Positions 51,289 through 60,904 of a DNA stretch of 64,000 bases are shown here, one piece after another. The notes under the pieces are model-generated. The model was not told where the DNA came from, made no database searches, and saw only the letters and a list, made by a program, of their open reading frames with translations. The position numbers were made by a program, and so were the translations under genes. Source of the stretch: an uncultured Planctomycetales bacterium (lineage in GTDB: Bacteria; Omnitrophota; Gorgyraeia; Zapsychrales; Fredricksoniimonadaceae); contig CAYTIW010000001.1 in the NCBI GenBank assembly GCA_964438075.1, positions 18,517 to 82,516 on the forward strand, given 5' to 3'. Every line of letters starts with the position of its first letter. Position 1 is the stretch's first letter.

Positions 51289-52572
51289 TCAAGCCTTTTT
51301 ACCGCTGTTTTCCATCAGCCCTTGCAGTTCTTTTTCCTGCCCATCCTCCAGCGGCCCCACTACCGCCAGACTGAAACGTTTTTCTTTCAGCACATCAGCG
51401 GCAACGCGTCGGATATCTTCCGGGGTCAGACTGTTCACGCGATATACCACTTCACCTAGAGTGCGGATGCGGCCCCGCTCGATCATGGACTCTCCGATCC
51501 ACATCATATGCTCCATGGTATCCTCCAGCCCCAGTACGAACTGGCCGAGAAAATATTCACGAGCCCGTTCAAACTCCAGGTCTTTGGGCGCCGAACGTCG
51601 AAGCTGCCTCAATATCTTAATTATCAGGTCCACGGTCTCCACGATCTTTTTATTGTCAACACCGGCCTTGATCAAAAAAAGACCGGTATCAGCGTAAGTC
51701 TTGGTGGTGCTGTATATGGAATACGCCAGCCCGCGCTTCTCCCTCAACTCGTCGAAGAGACGGCTGGACATGTTTCCGCCCAGGATCACATTCAAGACCG
51801 CCAGGGCAAAAATATCCGGATGGTCAACGCGCAGGGACGGCATGCCCAGAGCGAGATGCATCTGTTCGGTCGTCTTACGGAAGAAACGGGTGCGCGGCTT
51901 CTTCTGCCCCCCCCTGAATGGCAGGCAATCCTCGCGTTCCTGGCTTGGGAAATTGCCCAGCTTGCCTTCCAGGAAATTAACCAGCCACTCATGAGAAAAA
52001 TTACCGCAGACTGATACTACAATATTGTCCGGAGAATAATACCGACGATGGAACTTCCGCAGACCGGATTGAGTCATGCCGCCGACCGTTTCCCTGGTCC
52101 CGGCCAGGCTTTTGCCCAACGGATGGTCCGGCCAGACCAGTCCGTCCAACAGTTCCATCACATAATACTGGGGCAGATCGTTGTACATCTTGATCTCCTC
52201 CAGGATTATGGTCCTTTCCCGCTCAAGATCATTCTTCTGTATAAGCGGAAAAAAGACCATGTCGCAGAGAATGTCCAAGGTCAGCTCGAAATGTTTCGCC
52301 GGCACCTTGGCATAATAACAGGTCTGCTCTTCCCCCGTAAAGGCGTTCAGGTTCCCTCCGACACCTTCAATGGAGCCTTTGATCTCATTACAGGAATATT
52401 TGAGGCTGCCGCGGAAAAGGATGTGCTCCAGGAAATGTGCCGATCCCTTGGTCTCGTCATCCTCGAATCGGCCTCCGACCCCGACCCAGATCCCTACCGC
52501 GACGCTTTCACGGTCCCGAAGCTCATTCGTTATGACTCGCAGATTGTTGGATAGGGTGGATCTGTTATACAT
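51289..52572 (-). CDS. M16 family zinc peptidase (pitrilysin/insulinase-like)
   Basis: Inverted zinc motif HFLEH in GSAHFLEHILFRGS, with a downstream E (LEEIKMY). Confidence 0.85.
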   Translation of the reverse strand: MYNRSTLSNNLRVITNELRDRESVAVGIWVGVGGRFEDDETKGSAHFLEHILFRGSLKYSCNEIKGSIEGVGGNLNAFTGEEQTCYYAKVPAKHFELTLDILCDMVFFPLIQKNDLERERTIILEEIKMYNDLPQYYVMELLDGLVWPDHPLGKSLAGTRETVGGMTQSGLRKFHRRYYSPDNIVVSVCGNFSHEWLVNFLEGKLGNFPSQEREDCLPFRGGQKKPRTRFFRKTTEQMHLALGMPSLRVDHPDIFALAVLNVILGGNMSSRLFDELREKRGLAYSIYSTTKTYADTGLFLIKAGVDNKKIVETVDLIIKILRQLRRSAPKDLEFERAREYFLGQFVLGLEDTMEHMMWIGESMIERGRIRTLGEVVYRVNSLTPEDIRRVAADVLKEKRFSLAVVGPLEDGQEKELQGLMENSGKKA

Positions 52573-52639
52573 AATAGGGAATTGATCTCAATGCCAGAGG
52601 TAATGTATCAGGAACACCGCCACAATAAAGTAAAACCTG

Positions 52640-53062
52640 CTAAAAAGCAATCTTTTGCTTCGGGGCTAAATTAGTCTGCATGGTCCAGAAATAAGCTTCT
52701 CCCCTCGAGATCCGACAGATCGCCAACAAGGGGCTTTCCGGAGTAATTCCCATGGACTTAAGAAAAGGCCTCTCGGCACAAGCTTTTCTTTTGAGCTCCA
52801 GGTCATCCAGGAGATCCACCTGGCCCGCCACGCGGAGCATAATGCCGGCGGAGGGGTCCGGCTTGTAAAAACAGATCTCGGCCTTTGGGTTCTTCTTCAG
52901 CTGGCTGATCAGTTCTTTGACCGTGCCGCTCTGGAAATAAAAACCGGTCCGGTCGGCGAACCAGAAAAGCATGGCCCGTACGCGCGGCTGGTCGCCCTCC
53001 AGTGTGGACAGGAAACAGACCGGGTTCTCGTTGGCGAACTTGATGCAATCATTGACGTCCAT
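52640..53062 (-). CDS. pyridoxamine 5'-phosphate oxidase-fold (PNPOx/GSP26-like) protein
   Basis: 140 aa. CFLSTLEGDQPRVRAMLFWFADRTGFYFQSG...AEICFY follows the split-barrel pattern. The start overlaps the trpA stop by 1 nt. Confidence 0.6.
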   Translation of the reverse strand: MDVNDCIKFANENPVCFLSTLEGDQPRVRAMLFWFADRTGFYFQSGTVKELISQLKKNPKAEICFYKPDPSAGIMLRVAGQVDLLDDLELKRKACAERPFLKSMGITPESPLLAICRISRGEAYFWTMQTNLAPKQKIAF

Positions 53063-53856
53063 CAGGCCGATCCCCTCGTTAAGGCGCGGACGAAACCGCT
53101 GACTTTTCCGATGAGGTCCTTCTTCCCCCGGTGCCGGTCAATCTCCTTTACTATGGCGCTGCCCACAATGACACCGTCGGCTACCTTACCCAAAGCCCGT
53201 ACCTGGTCGGCAGTGGAAATGCCGAACCCTACGCAGATAGGCTTGTCGGTCATGCTCTTCGCATAGCGGATCTTCCCGATGACGTCTAACGGAACAGCGG
53301 CCCTGGCCCCGGTTACACCGGCCACCGAAACGAAATAAACGAACCCTGTCGAAGCCTTGGCTATGAGGGGGATCCGTTGCCTATCCGTGGTCGGCGCCAG
53401 GAAAAACACTGTCGCCAGACCACGCGACCTCGCTTCTCCTCGCAGCTCCTCCGCCTCTTCCACCGGCAGGTCCGGGATTATAACCCCGTCGACACCTGCA
53501 TCCACCGCGGAACGGACAAAATGCTTGACCCCGAACCTGTGTATGGGATTGTAATAAGACATCAGTGCTATCGGCACATCGCTAACTTTACGTATCCTGC
53601 CAACAGACGAAAGTATCTTTTTTAAAGTGACGCCCTGCCGCAGGGCGCGGTAAGAGGCGGCCTGGATGGTCGCTCCGTCCGCCAGCGGATCGGAAAAGGG
53701 GACACCCAGCTCGACAATGTCCGCGCCAGCCGCCTCCAGAGCCGGGACCAGCGATTCGGCCACTCTTAGGCTCGGGTCGCCGGCAGTGATAAAGGCAATG
53801 AAGGCCTTCCTGCCGGCCTTACGCAGCTCCTTGAATTTGGCATCGATCCTGTTCAT
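53062..53856 (-). CDS. trpA: tryptophan synthase alpha chain
   Basis: AFIAFITAGDP...ELGVPFSDPLADGATIQ...GFGIS. Confidence 0.93.
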   Translation of the reverse strand: MNRIDAKFKELRKAGRKAFIAFITAGDPSLRVAESLVPALEAAGADIVELGVPFSDPLADGATIQAASYRALRQGVTLKKILSSVGRIRKVSDVPIALMSYYNPIHRFGVKHFVRSAVDAGVDGVIIPDLPVEEAEELRGEARSRGLATVFFLAPTTDRQRIPLIAKASTGFVYFVSVAGVTGARAAVPLDVIGKIRYAKSMTDKPICVGFGISTADQVRALGKVADGVIVGSAIVKEIDRHRGKKDLIGKVSGFVRALTRGSA

Positions 53857-53968
53857 AATCCTTAATTCCCGCCGTTACCGATCAACCTTGTATGGGATAA
53901 GGCTTGAGCGAAGAATATGTTAAAGTCATACTTCTTTTTATCGCGAATCTTTACGGTCCCGTCCTTGA

Positions 53969-55147
53969 TCAGAGGACCTCTTTGATCGTGCCCATGTCCT
54001 TGTCGCCGCGGCCGGAAAGGCAGACGATGACGGTCTTCTTCCCCTTCACCCGGCGAGCAAGTTTCGGCAGATACGCCAAGGCATGCGACGACTCCAGGGC
54101 GGGAATGATGCCTTCGCGCCTGGCCAGCAGCTTGAGCCCTTCGATAGCTTCCTTGTCGGTGACCGCGACATACTCCGCTCGCCCGGTCTTTTTATAATAA
54201 CAGTGCTCCGGTCCCACACCGGGATAATCCAGCCCGGCAGCGATGGAATGCGCGATCTCTATCTGGCCGTCCGTATCCTGAAGCACAGAGCTTTTGGAGC
54301 CGTGAAGGACTCCCGGCGCCCCCTTGGACAGCGACGCCGAATGCGCGTGGGTCTTAAGGCCGTGGCCGGCCGCCTCAACGCCTATCATGCCGACACTTTT
54401 GTCCTTAAAGAAAGCATGAAAAAGCCCCATGGCATTGGAACCGCCCCCCACGCAAGCCAGCAAATAGTCCGGCAGCCTCTTTTCTTTCCGGAGGAATTGC
54501 CGGCGGGCTTCCTGCCCGATGACCGACTGGAATTCCCGCACCATCAAAGGGTAAGGATGCGGCCCGGCTACAGACCCGATTATGTAGAAGGTATCCTTTA
54601 CGTTCGTTACCCAATCACGGATGGCCTCGTTCATGGCGTCCTTCAAAGTCTTGGAACCGCTCTCCACCGGGACGACCTCGGTACCCATCAGGTTCATGCG
54701 CACCACGTTCAAGGCCTGGCGTTGGATATCTTCGGCCCCCATATAGACCACGCACTTGAGCCCGAAGAGCGCGCAGACCGTCGCCGTCGCCACTCCATGT
54801 TGACCGGCGCCGGTCTCGGCGATAATGCGCGTCTTTCCCATACGCCTGGCCAGTATTATCTGGCCTAGCGTGTTATTGATCTTGTGCGCGCCGGTATGCA
54901 GCAGGTCTTCGCGCTTGAGATAAACCTTCAAATTGCCCAACAGACCGCTGAGCCGTTCGGCATAATAGAGATCGGTCGGCCGTCCGGCGAAGTTTTCGAG
55001 ATAGAAGCGGAACTCTTTCCTGAAGGCAGGGTCCTTTTGAGCCCGGCGGAATTCTTTCTCCAGGTCATAAAGTAAGGTCATGAGGGTTTCCGGCACAAAA
55101 CGGCCGCCGAATTCTCCGAAATGTCCGTGCTTGTCAGGGAATGACAT
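53969..55147 (-). CDS. trpB: tryptophan synthase beta chain
   Basis: [25 protein letters not shown] (PLP Lys), GGGSNA and [11 protein letters not shown]. Confidence 0.96.
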   Translation of the reverse strand: MSFPDKHGHFGEFGGRFVPETLMTLLYDLEKEFRRAQKDPAFRKEFRFYLENFAGRPTDLYYAERLSGLLGNLKVYLKREDLLHTGAHKINNTLGQIILARRMGKTRIIAETGAGQHGVATATVCALFGLKCVVYMGAEDIQRQALNVVRMNLMGTEVVPVESGSKTLKDAMNEAIRDWVTNVKDTFYIIGSVAGPHPYPLMVREFQSVIGQEARRQFLRKEKRLPDYLLACVGGGSNAMGLFHAFFKDKSVGMIGVEAAGHGLKTHAHSASLSKGAPGVLHGSKSSVLQDTDGQIEIAHSIAAGLDYPGVGPEHCYYKKTGRAEYVAVTDKEAIEGLKLLARREGIIPALESSHALAYLPKLARRVKGKKTVIVCLSGRGDKDMGTIKEVL

Positions 55148-55184
55148 ATACTACCTTCTATTCTCCTAGCGGACCATACTGGGC

Positions 55185-55208
55185 ATTATAATCCCGGAAC
55201 GCGTTAAC
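55185..55208 (-). promoter_or_regulatory. candidate -10 box (TATAAT) with overlapping palindromes AACGCGTT / GTTAAC upstream of trpB
   Basis: Minus-strand TATAAT at 55190-55185, about 38 nt before the trpB ATG. The self-complementary AACGCGTT (55198-55205) and GTTAAC (55203-55208) occupy the spacer/-35 zone. No good -35 hexamer was seen. Confidence 0.3.
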
Positions 55209-55229
55209 AGCCCGTGGGGGGCCTTCAGA

Positions 55230-55931
55230 TCATTTCTCTTCGAACCGCACCATGGTCATGACGGTATTACCCATGCCGACCGCGCCAGCGATACGCAAGG
55301 GCAACCGCTTCTCCCCCATATCCATCCATATCGTGTATTTAGCCGGCATGCTCCTTATGACCGCGGCCCGATACGTCTTGCCGCCGGCATTGAAATTCCC
55401 GTCCTCGGCTATCTTCATCGCCAGTTCCACGGTCGGAAGGCGGACCGAGAAATTATTCTGGGAAGAGAAATCGCCCTGAGAACGGAAACGATAGATGAAA
55501 CCGTAAATGTTGTCAACCGGGCCTTTGGTCTCCAGCACGGTCTCGGTGACCTTGCCTTCCGCGTCCTTTCGCAACTTGACCTTCCCCTCCTCCCGGTAAT
55601 CTTCCTCGATACGCTCACGGCCTCCAAAGATCTTAAGCTCGCGCAAGACCTTTATCGGGCGGTAGGTCTGGGGATCCACATATATCTCTTCGTTATCGAA
55701 AAAAGACGGGCCGCGGGACTTAAAAAGAATGAGGACCGCCTGGCGTCCGTCCAGATCCTTCTCCCCGGCAAAGGTCAGAGATGCCTCGCCTACTTTAACT
55801 CCAAGCTGCTTGATATTGTAATGTATAACCTCTCCCGGCCCATAAGTGTCTGCCGCCGAAGAAGGGCAAGCTGTCAATACAGCCGAAGAGATCATCAAAG
55901 ACAACACGACAAGAAGCCTATAGCTGATCAT
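55230..55931 (-). CDS. lipoprotein, DUF3108-like (start re-trimmed to MISYRLL...LTAC lipobox)
   Basis: The signal peptide ends in LTAC (lipobox). The body is beta-rich (VIHYNIKQLGVKVGEASLTF...). The family name is recalled, not searched. Confidence 0.55.
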   Translation of the reverse strand: MISYRLLVVLSLMISSAVLTACPSSAADTYGPGEVIHYNIKQLGVKVGEASLTFAGEKDLDGRQAVLILFKSRGPSFFDNEEIYVDPQTYRPIKVLRELKIFGGRERIEEDYREEGKVKLRKDAEGKVTETVLETKGPVDNIYGFIYRFRSQGDFSSQNNFSVRLPTVELAMKIAEDGNFNAGGKTYRAAVIRSMPAKYTIWMDMGEKRLPLRIAGAVGMGNTVMTMVRFEEK

Positions 55932-57060
55932 AATCTTTGATGAACTCCGCCAGGACGCGTGAGCCGTTATAAAGAGTTTTAACCTCGGCATATTCGTCGT
56001 CCGCATGCAGCGTGCCGCTCTTGCCGAAACCGGTAGCGAAGGCAGTTATGCCGTGATGCTGGAAAAAAGAAATGACCGTAGCTCCATCCGAGCCTTTGAG
56101 ATGAGCTTTCTGCCCACAGCGCTTCGCAGCCTTGACGAATGCGGTCACATAAGGGTCATCCTCGTCGATCTCGTAAGGGAGCTGAATGTCATCTATCAGC
56201 AGCTCGTATTTATCCGCCACCGAACCTATAATATCCTTCACCTGACGTATCACTTTCTTGGGATCGGTGCGGGGCATGTAGCGTATGTCCACGGAAAATT
56301 CGCAGAAATCCGCCACCATATTGACCTTGTCGCCTCCCCGTATGGTGCCGATGTTGACGGTCGGGTGGTTCAACAAACTGTGCTTCTTGAAAACACATTC
56401 ATGTTTTTTCAACCGCCGGATGATCTTGGCCGCTAACTCAATAGCGTTGACCCCCATCCAGTTCGTCGCCCCGTGCGCCTTCTTGCCAAAAACGCGCACT
56501 CGGCAATGGCACAGCCCTTTCTGGGCGATGACCGTGTCGAAATCTACCGAATCCAGAACCAGCGCCAGCTGGGGGCGCAGCACGCCTTTCTCCAGTAACG
56601 GCTTTATTCCGAGATGGCTGCCGGTCTCTTCATCAGAGGTGGCGGCCAGGATGATATCTTTGCGAGGGGCATACCCGTCCTCCCGTAAACTCCGTAAAGC
56701 CTCCATGGCGCAGGCCAGATTGCCTTTATCATCCGAGGCTCCGCGACCGTAGATCTTTCCCGCTACAATGTCCTTTCCTAAAGGATCGAATTTCCACCCC
56801 TTCCCGATCGGCACGGTATCAGTGTGCGGGGTGATCAGCAAAGCTCGGCCGGCGGACTGCTGCCGGGGAAGAGAGCCGCGCCATGTTGCTATCACGTTAG
56901 GCCGGTCTTTTTTATAGGACACCATTTTAACTTCCAGCCCCAGCGAACGCATTTCCTTGGCGACCAGTTCGGCTATCTTGGCCTCATTACCTGGCGGGTT
57001 CTGCGAATCTATGGATAGTACTTTCTGAGTAGTTTTAATAAGGCGGGATCTGCTTATCAT
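55918..57060 (-). CDS. M20 family metallopeptidase (ArgE/DapE-like deacylase)
   Basis: LLITPHTDTVP...W..DP...GKIYGRGASDDKGNLA and ...DEETGS motifs. Confidence 0.8.
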   Translation of the reverse strand: MISRSRLIKTTQKVLSIDSQNPPGNEAKIAELVAKEMRSLGLEVKMVSYKKDRPNVIATWRGSLPRQQSAGRALLITPHTDTVPIGKGWKFDPLGKDIVAGKIYGRGASDDKGNLACAMEALRSLREDGYAPRKDIILAATSDEETGSHLGIKPLLEKGVLRPQLALVLDSVDFDTVIAQKGLCHCRVRVFGKKAHGATNWMGVNAIELAAKIIRRLKKHECVFKKHSLLNHPTVNIGTIRGGDKVNMVADFCEFSVDIRYMPRTDPKKVIRQVKDIIGSVADKYELLIDDIQLPYEIDEDDPYVTAFVKAAKRCGQKAHLKGSDGATVISFFQHHGITAFATGFGKSGTLHADDEYAEVKTLYNGSRVLAEFIKDYDQL

Positions 57061-57130
57061 TCATTTATCCCTTTGGCATCCGATATAGCAAACCTGAAAG
57101 ACGATCGGCGCTATAAATCTATTATTCAAG

Positions 57131-57433
57131 TTACCCCAAGATACTCCTGGCCCTCAGCTCACCTTCAATACGCTTGTAATCCTGGTAATCAATTAGCCGC
57201 ACATCACTTCGCTGTTCCTGTATCCGGAGGATTTTAGGCAGATGTTCCTTTACATTCTGGAAAGCAATATATTTGAAATGCGTACCGCACTTGGGACAAG
57301 ACTGCATATCCAGCTTAATGTCCAGATTCTTGCATTTCGAGCATATACCGGAAAGCACTCCGTACTCCAGAGTATGGGCCTTGACCTCGTCAAAATCCAG
57401 ATGATGATAAACACGTATCAGCTGTTTTGTCAT
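57131..57433 (-). CDS. hypothetical zinc-ribbon protein (100 aa)
   Basis: CSKC...16 aa...CPKC four-Cys ribbon. No family assigned. Confidence 0.5.
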   Translation of the reverse strand: MTKQLIRVYHHLDFDEVKAHTLEYGVLSGICSKCKNLDIKLDMQSCPKCGTHFKYIAFQNVKEHLPKILRIQEQRSDVRLIDYQDYKRIEGELRARSILG

Positions 57434-57538
57434 AAGGCGAGATTATAGCACAGAGGAAAAATTGAGGAAAGAAGAAAGGCTTTCTGGGTGATGATATAAA
57501 AGATAAATTTACCCAGCGGCGGTCCCGGGATGGTAACT

Positions 57539-60322
57539 TCAGGCCCCAGTTGATCCGGTAGCCATACTGACGGCAATATCCCTATCGCCCTCGGCATTTG
57601 CTCCAGCTGTAGGCATCGTTTCGTGCTCAGAACCCAACCCAAGCAATAACGGGATATTGACCGGCTCGATCCGGTATATCACCGGGACAAATCCCTGGAT
57701 ATTGATCGCATCCCACGGCTGGGCAGATACAGGAAGGGGTACTCCATTACCGTCACGCTTTATCTGCAGGTCAAGTTTCCTCGGGTCCAGATCGATACCG
57801 CCCAGGTCTTTCTGCGCAGAGTCAACGGCCCCATCCTTCCTGAGGACTTCAATATGTGCCGAAGTCGCTACTTCTTCCGAACCCGCCGTTACCTTCGTGG
57901 CGGGCACATATTTAAAGTTGAAATCACTGTTCAAATTCCTTTTCCAGTCCACGGCATCCTCGATCAATCGCAACATTTCATACGAACTGATCTCTAATGA
58001 ATTCTGCGCTAATATCCTTTTTAAGGCATCATAGGCTTCCAGATAATGACCGGAAATAACATCTCCATTTTGTTCTCTTGCTTCAAGAATATTTCGGGCC
58101 CCCTGTTGTACCTCTTTTTCTTCGCTCACCAAGGCAAAAGATATGTGTTCTGCTGTAAGGCGACTTTCTCCGATAACGCGATCCCCTCCCAGCGCGACAA
58201 GTGACTTCACCGCCCATACCATGCTATCACGGTCATGTGAGGACAAAGTACCCAGCCCTATCTCGTACCGAGCCTCTGGGCTGTTGGCTGTCAGCTTACT
58301 TAAAGCCTCGCGTGCGGCCTTGAAAACGTGCCAATAATCTCTCTTTTGCAACAATCTGTAAATAGGCCCTACCGCACGCTGATCTCCCAGGTCGGCGAGC
58401 AATTTTATCCCCCATATTTGGCTATCCAGCCGGGCTGAAGACAAGGCTTTCAGCCCGACTTCATACCTGGATTCTTTATCGTTACTGGTCATTTTCTCCA
58501 GCATCTTTCGCGCTATTTCGCTGTAAATATAGTAATCGTTAAGCATGACTAAAAGCCCATCGATGCCCATTTTTCTCTTAATGGAATTCAACTTTAAATA
58601 GGGATAACTATAAACAGCTAAAGCGGTCAATACCAAAGCCCCTACCCCTACCCCCGCCCAAAGCGCAATAGCTTCCGTCGTAGAAAGGTCCTGATACCAT
58701 TCCACTACCTGAGTCAGGGTCGGGACGATCTCGGCCAAGGAAGCCTGGGCGAAGTCGGAACCACTTCTCTCCGCCAGCCAGGATCGTACCTGCGCAATTT
58801 CTTTCCGGCTTTCATCCTTAGCTTCTGCGTAAGAGAGCCTTATATATTCTTCCTTCTCTGCGCCAGCCAATTCTTTCTCCAGCCAGGCGGATCTCGCCTT
58901 ACTTCCCGCACCGAGATATTTTCCCCACAGTTTGTAAACTGTTGTGGCGGTCAGTGCCAATCCGATCATTGTTATCCTAGGCTGCTCCAGCATTAGATCC
59001 ACTCTGGCCTTGAGCTTCTCCGCATCCTGAGTGCTGACCGCCAAAGCTACTGCCCCTGGCGGAAGATTACGATCAAGCCTTTCATTGCCGTTAACACCTT
59101 GCGTTCCCGCCTGCGCCAGATAGACCGGATTGGCATCTTTCCCTACATCCATTACCCCGGAGGAAACCAGGACCATTTTGCCCTTAGGATTCGAGACATC
59201 GCGGGCTTGGGCACGGACTTCAGGTGAAAGTACGGTCAAAGATCCTACGAACATCCCGGTCAAAAGGATGTTCTGTATATTCTTCCCTACAAAACCGCCG
59301 GAGAAATATTTACGAGGGACCACCTCGCCGGTATCCGGGTCATTTTCTTCACGTATATAATTGAACAGACCTTTCCTGACCGCTTCCAGGTACCGGTTGT
59401 AGATCTCCTCCTTGTTCGCGCCTTCCGAGAACCCTACCCCGGCCACTTTATTCTTATCGGCATAGGCCTTGGCCAACAGGCTCTCCTTGAGACGGACCTT
59501 GTACCAGGCCGATAGGATCATGGCCGCATATATCTGCCGTAAACGGGCGAAGTGTTCGCCTTCGTTGACTTCTTTCTCCAAAGCAGGGATCAATATCTCG
59601 CGTAAGACCTTTTTGGAAAGCTCTTGCTGAACGTCAACTCCGGGCCCTTCTACCCCTTTATCCCTCATCCCATTCCCGATAGCACTCTGAGCGACATAAT
59701 CGCTCTCCAACATGACCTTCAAACGGCTTTTCAGTATCATCACCTTGCCGTCATGCTCCCACACCTGCGCCTCGGAAGGCACTATCCAGACCCGGTTGAA
59801 TTCGTCCATGTTGACATAGGCAGAACCCAGCTTGCGGTTTACAGACTCATAAATCCTGGCCCAGAACTGTCTTCCCAGCTCTTTTTCAGGATATAAAAGA
59901 GAAGCCGCCAGCTGTTTCAGCACATAATCCTCGGCCAAGAGGTCTCTGCCCATGACTGTGCTCCCTAACCCAGCAGGAATGACCCTGTCTTCTTCAAACG
60001 GTGACAGGTTGACCCAGAGCTCATCTTCCGGCACCGTCAAAGAGGCCAAGAAATATTTGATCGATTTCTCCGCCTCAAGGCGCAGATCTTTTCCGGATAG
60101 ATCTTTAGTTCCGGTATCCATAAGAAAATCGAACTTGAGAGGGTCTTCCGGATGTATCACCATTCCTCTGATGATAACAGGTGTAAAAGCCGGCCCAGAT
60201 GTCAATATATGGTCGTAAGGCGGCAGGACCACTTCACCGGCATAACTGCGCGGTATTGTGGAAGTGAACAAGAAACAGAATAGGACTGAAAATGAAACAA
60301 AACGTAAGAAAAGTTTATGCAT
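57539..60322 (-). CDS. large secreted/membrane protein (927 aa) with HEAT-like repeats
   Basis: Signal peptide MHKLFLRFVSFSVLFCFLF...SYAG. Two internal hydrophobic helices (ITMIGLALTATTVYKLWG, ALWAGVGVGALVLTALAVY). Repeated ...LADLGDQRAVGPIYRLL / LVALGGDRVIG HEAT/PBS-lyase-like units. The C-terminal GGIDLDPRKLDLQ...GFVPVIYRIEP motif echoes the N-terminal AFTPVIIRGMVIHP. Confidence 0.7.
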   Translation of the reverse strand: MHKLFLRFVSFSVLFCFLFTSTIPRSYAGEVVLPPYDHILTSGPAFTPVIIRGMVIHPEDPLKFDFLMDTGTKDLSGKDLRLEAEKSIKYFLASLTVPEDELWVNLSPFEEDRVIPAGLGSTVMGRDLLAEDYVLKQLAASLLYPEKELGRQFWARIYESVNRKLGSAYVNMDEFNRVWIVPSEAQVWEHDGKVMILKSRLKVMLESDYVAQSAIGNGMRDKGVEGPGVDVQQELSKKVLREILIPALEKEVNEGEHFARLRQIYAAMILSAWYKVRLKESLLAKAYADKNKVAGVGFSEGANKEEIYNRYLEAVRKGLFNYIREENDPDTGEVVPRKYFSGGFVGKNIQNILLTGMFVGSLTVLSPEVRAQARDVSNPKGKMVLVSSGVMDVGKDANPVYLAQAGTQGVNGNERLDRNLPPGAVALAVSTQDAEKLKARVDLMLEQPRITMIGLALTATTVYKLWGKYLGAGSKARSAWLEKELAGAEKEEYIRLSYAEAKDESRKEIAQVRSWLAERSGSDFAQASLAEIVPTLTQVVEWYQDLSTTEAIALWAGVGVGALVLTALAVYSYPYLKLNSIKRKMGIDGLLVMLNDYYIYSEIARKMLEKMTSNDKESRYEVGLKALSSARLDSQIWGIKLLADLGDQRAVGPIYRLLQKRDYWHVFKAAREALSKLTANSPEARYEIGLGTLSSHDRDSMVWAVKSLVALGGDRVIGESRLTAEHISFALVSEEKEVQQGARNILEAREQNGDVISGHYLEAYDALKRILAQNSLEISSYEMLRLIEDAVDWKRNLNSDFNFKYVPATKVTAGSEEVATSAHIEVLRKDGAVDSAQKDLGGIDLDPRKLDLQIKRDGNGVPLPVSAQPWDAINIQGFVPVIYRIEPVNIPLLLGLGSEHETMPTAGANAEGDRDIAVSMATGSTGA

Positions 60323-60552
60323 AGTGAGCGGAAGTTTTTTAGTTGAACTTATAAAAATTTTATACTCTGTGTAGTATTTGTGACGAACAATACGGAAAAA
60401 ATCAGAGAAAATATGCCATGTAGACGCTAAAAAGTCAAGATATATGAATAATTAAATCTTCATGAATTATTAGAAGAAGCAGAACAAACTCTGAAGTCAT
60501 TAAGCGCTGGGTTGAAAGGTTATATTCCGTTTAAGGGGGCACGCCATTACGT

Positions 60553-60840
60553 TTATTTATACCCACAACGTTCATCCCCTGGCCAAGTCTGCCCTATCTT
60601 GCTACGTAGCGGCACACAGACACACTCTTCACCAGAAACTGTTTTATGGATCCCGAAACGAACATTGTAGACACGGCAGGCGTAAAGGCCATTGCCCTGT
60701 CGATGCAGATGCTCGCAGGGATCATCGAACGCACCGCAACAGGCCCCACAATTCAAACATCGCGCTTCCCATTCGCGGTGTTTTATCTCATGCCATTTTT
60801 CATATTTTTCTATCTCATTCATAAATTTCAAAGAATACAT
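60553..60840 (-). CDS. YkgJ-family cysteine-cluster protein (UPF0153-like)
   Basis: CLNCGACCG (CxxCxxCC) plus CEHL, CRVY and CVCVP cysteines. No obvious RBS at either candidate Met. Confidence 0.6.
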   Translation of the reverse strand: MYSLKFMNEIEKYEKWHEIKHREWEARCLNCGACCGAFDDPCEHLHRQGNGLYACRVYNVRFGIHKTVSGEECVCVPLRSKIGQTWPGDERCGYK

Positions 60841-60851
60841 AATTTTTTCAT

Positions 60852-60882
60852 AAAAAAAAGACCCCCGATACTGCTGGGGGTC
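60852..60882 (-). terminator. canonical intrinsic terminator closing the structured element downstream of trpF
   Basis: The minus strand reads GACCCCC-AGCAGTATC-GGGGGTC followed by T8 (complement of A-run 60852-60859). Confidence 0.8.
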
Positions 60883-60904
60883 AAATGTGTTATTTATTAT
60901 TCCA

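Noticed and set aside
53857-53968. 112-nt trpB-trpA gap inspected for a small gene or regulatory hairpin.
   Set aside because: Only a 15-codon ORF without an RBS, and no stable hairpin. It is noted as unusual spacing within the trp-split finding, but no separate feature could be supported.
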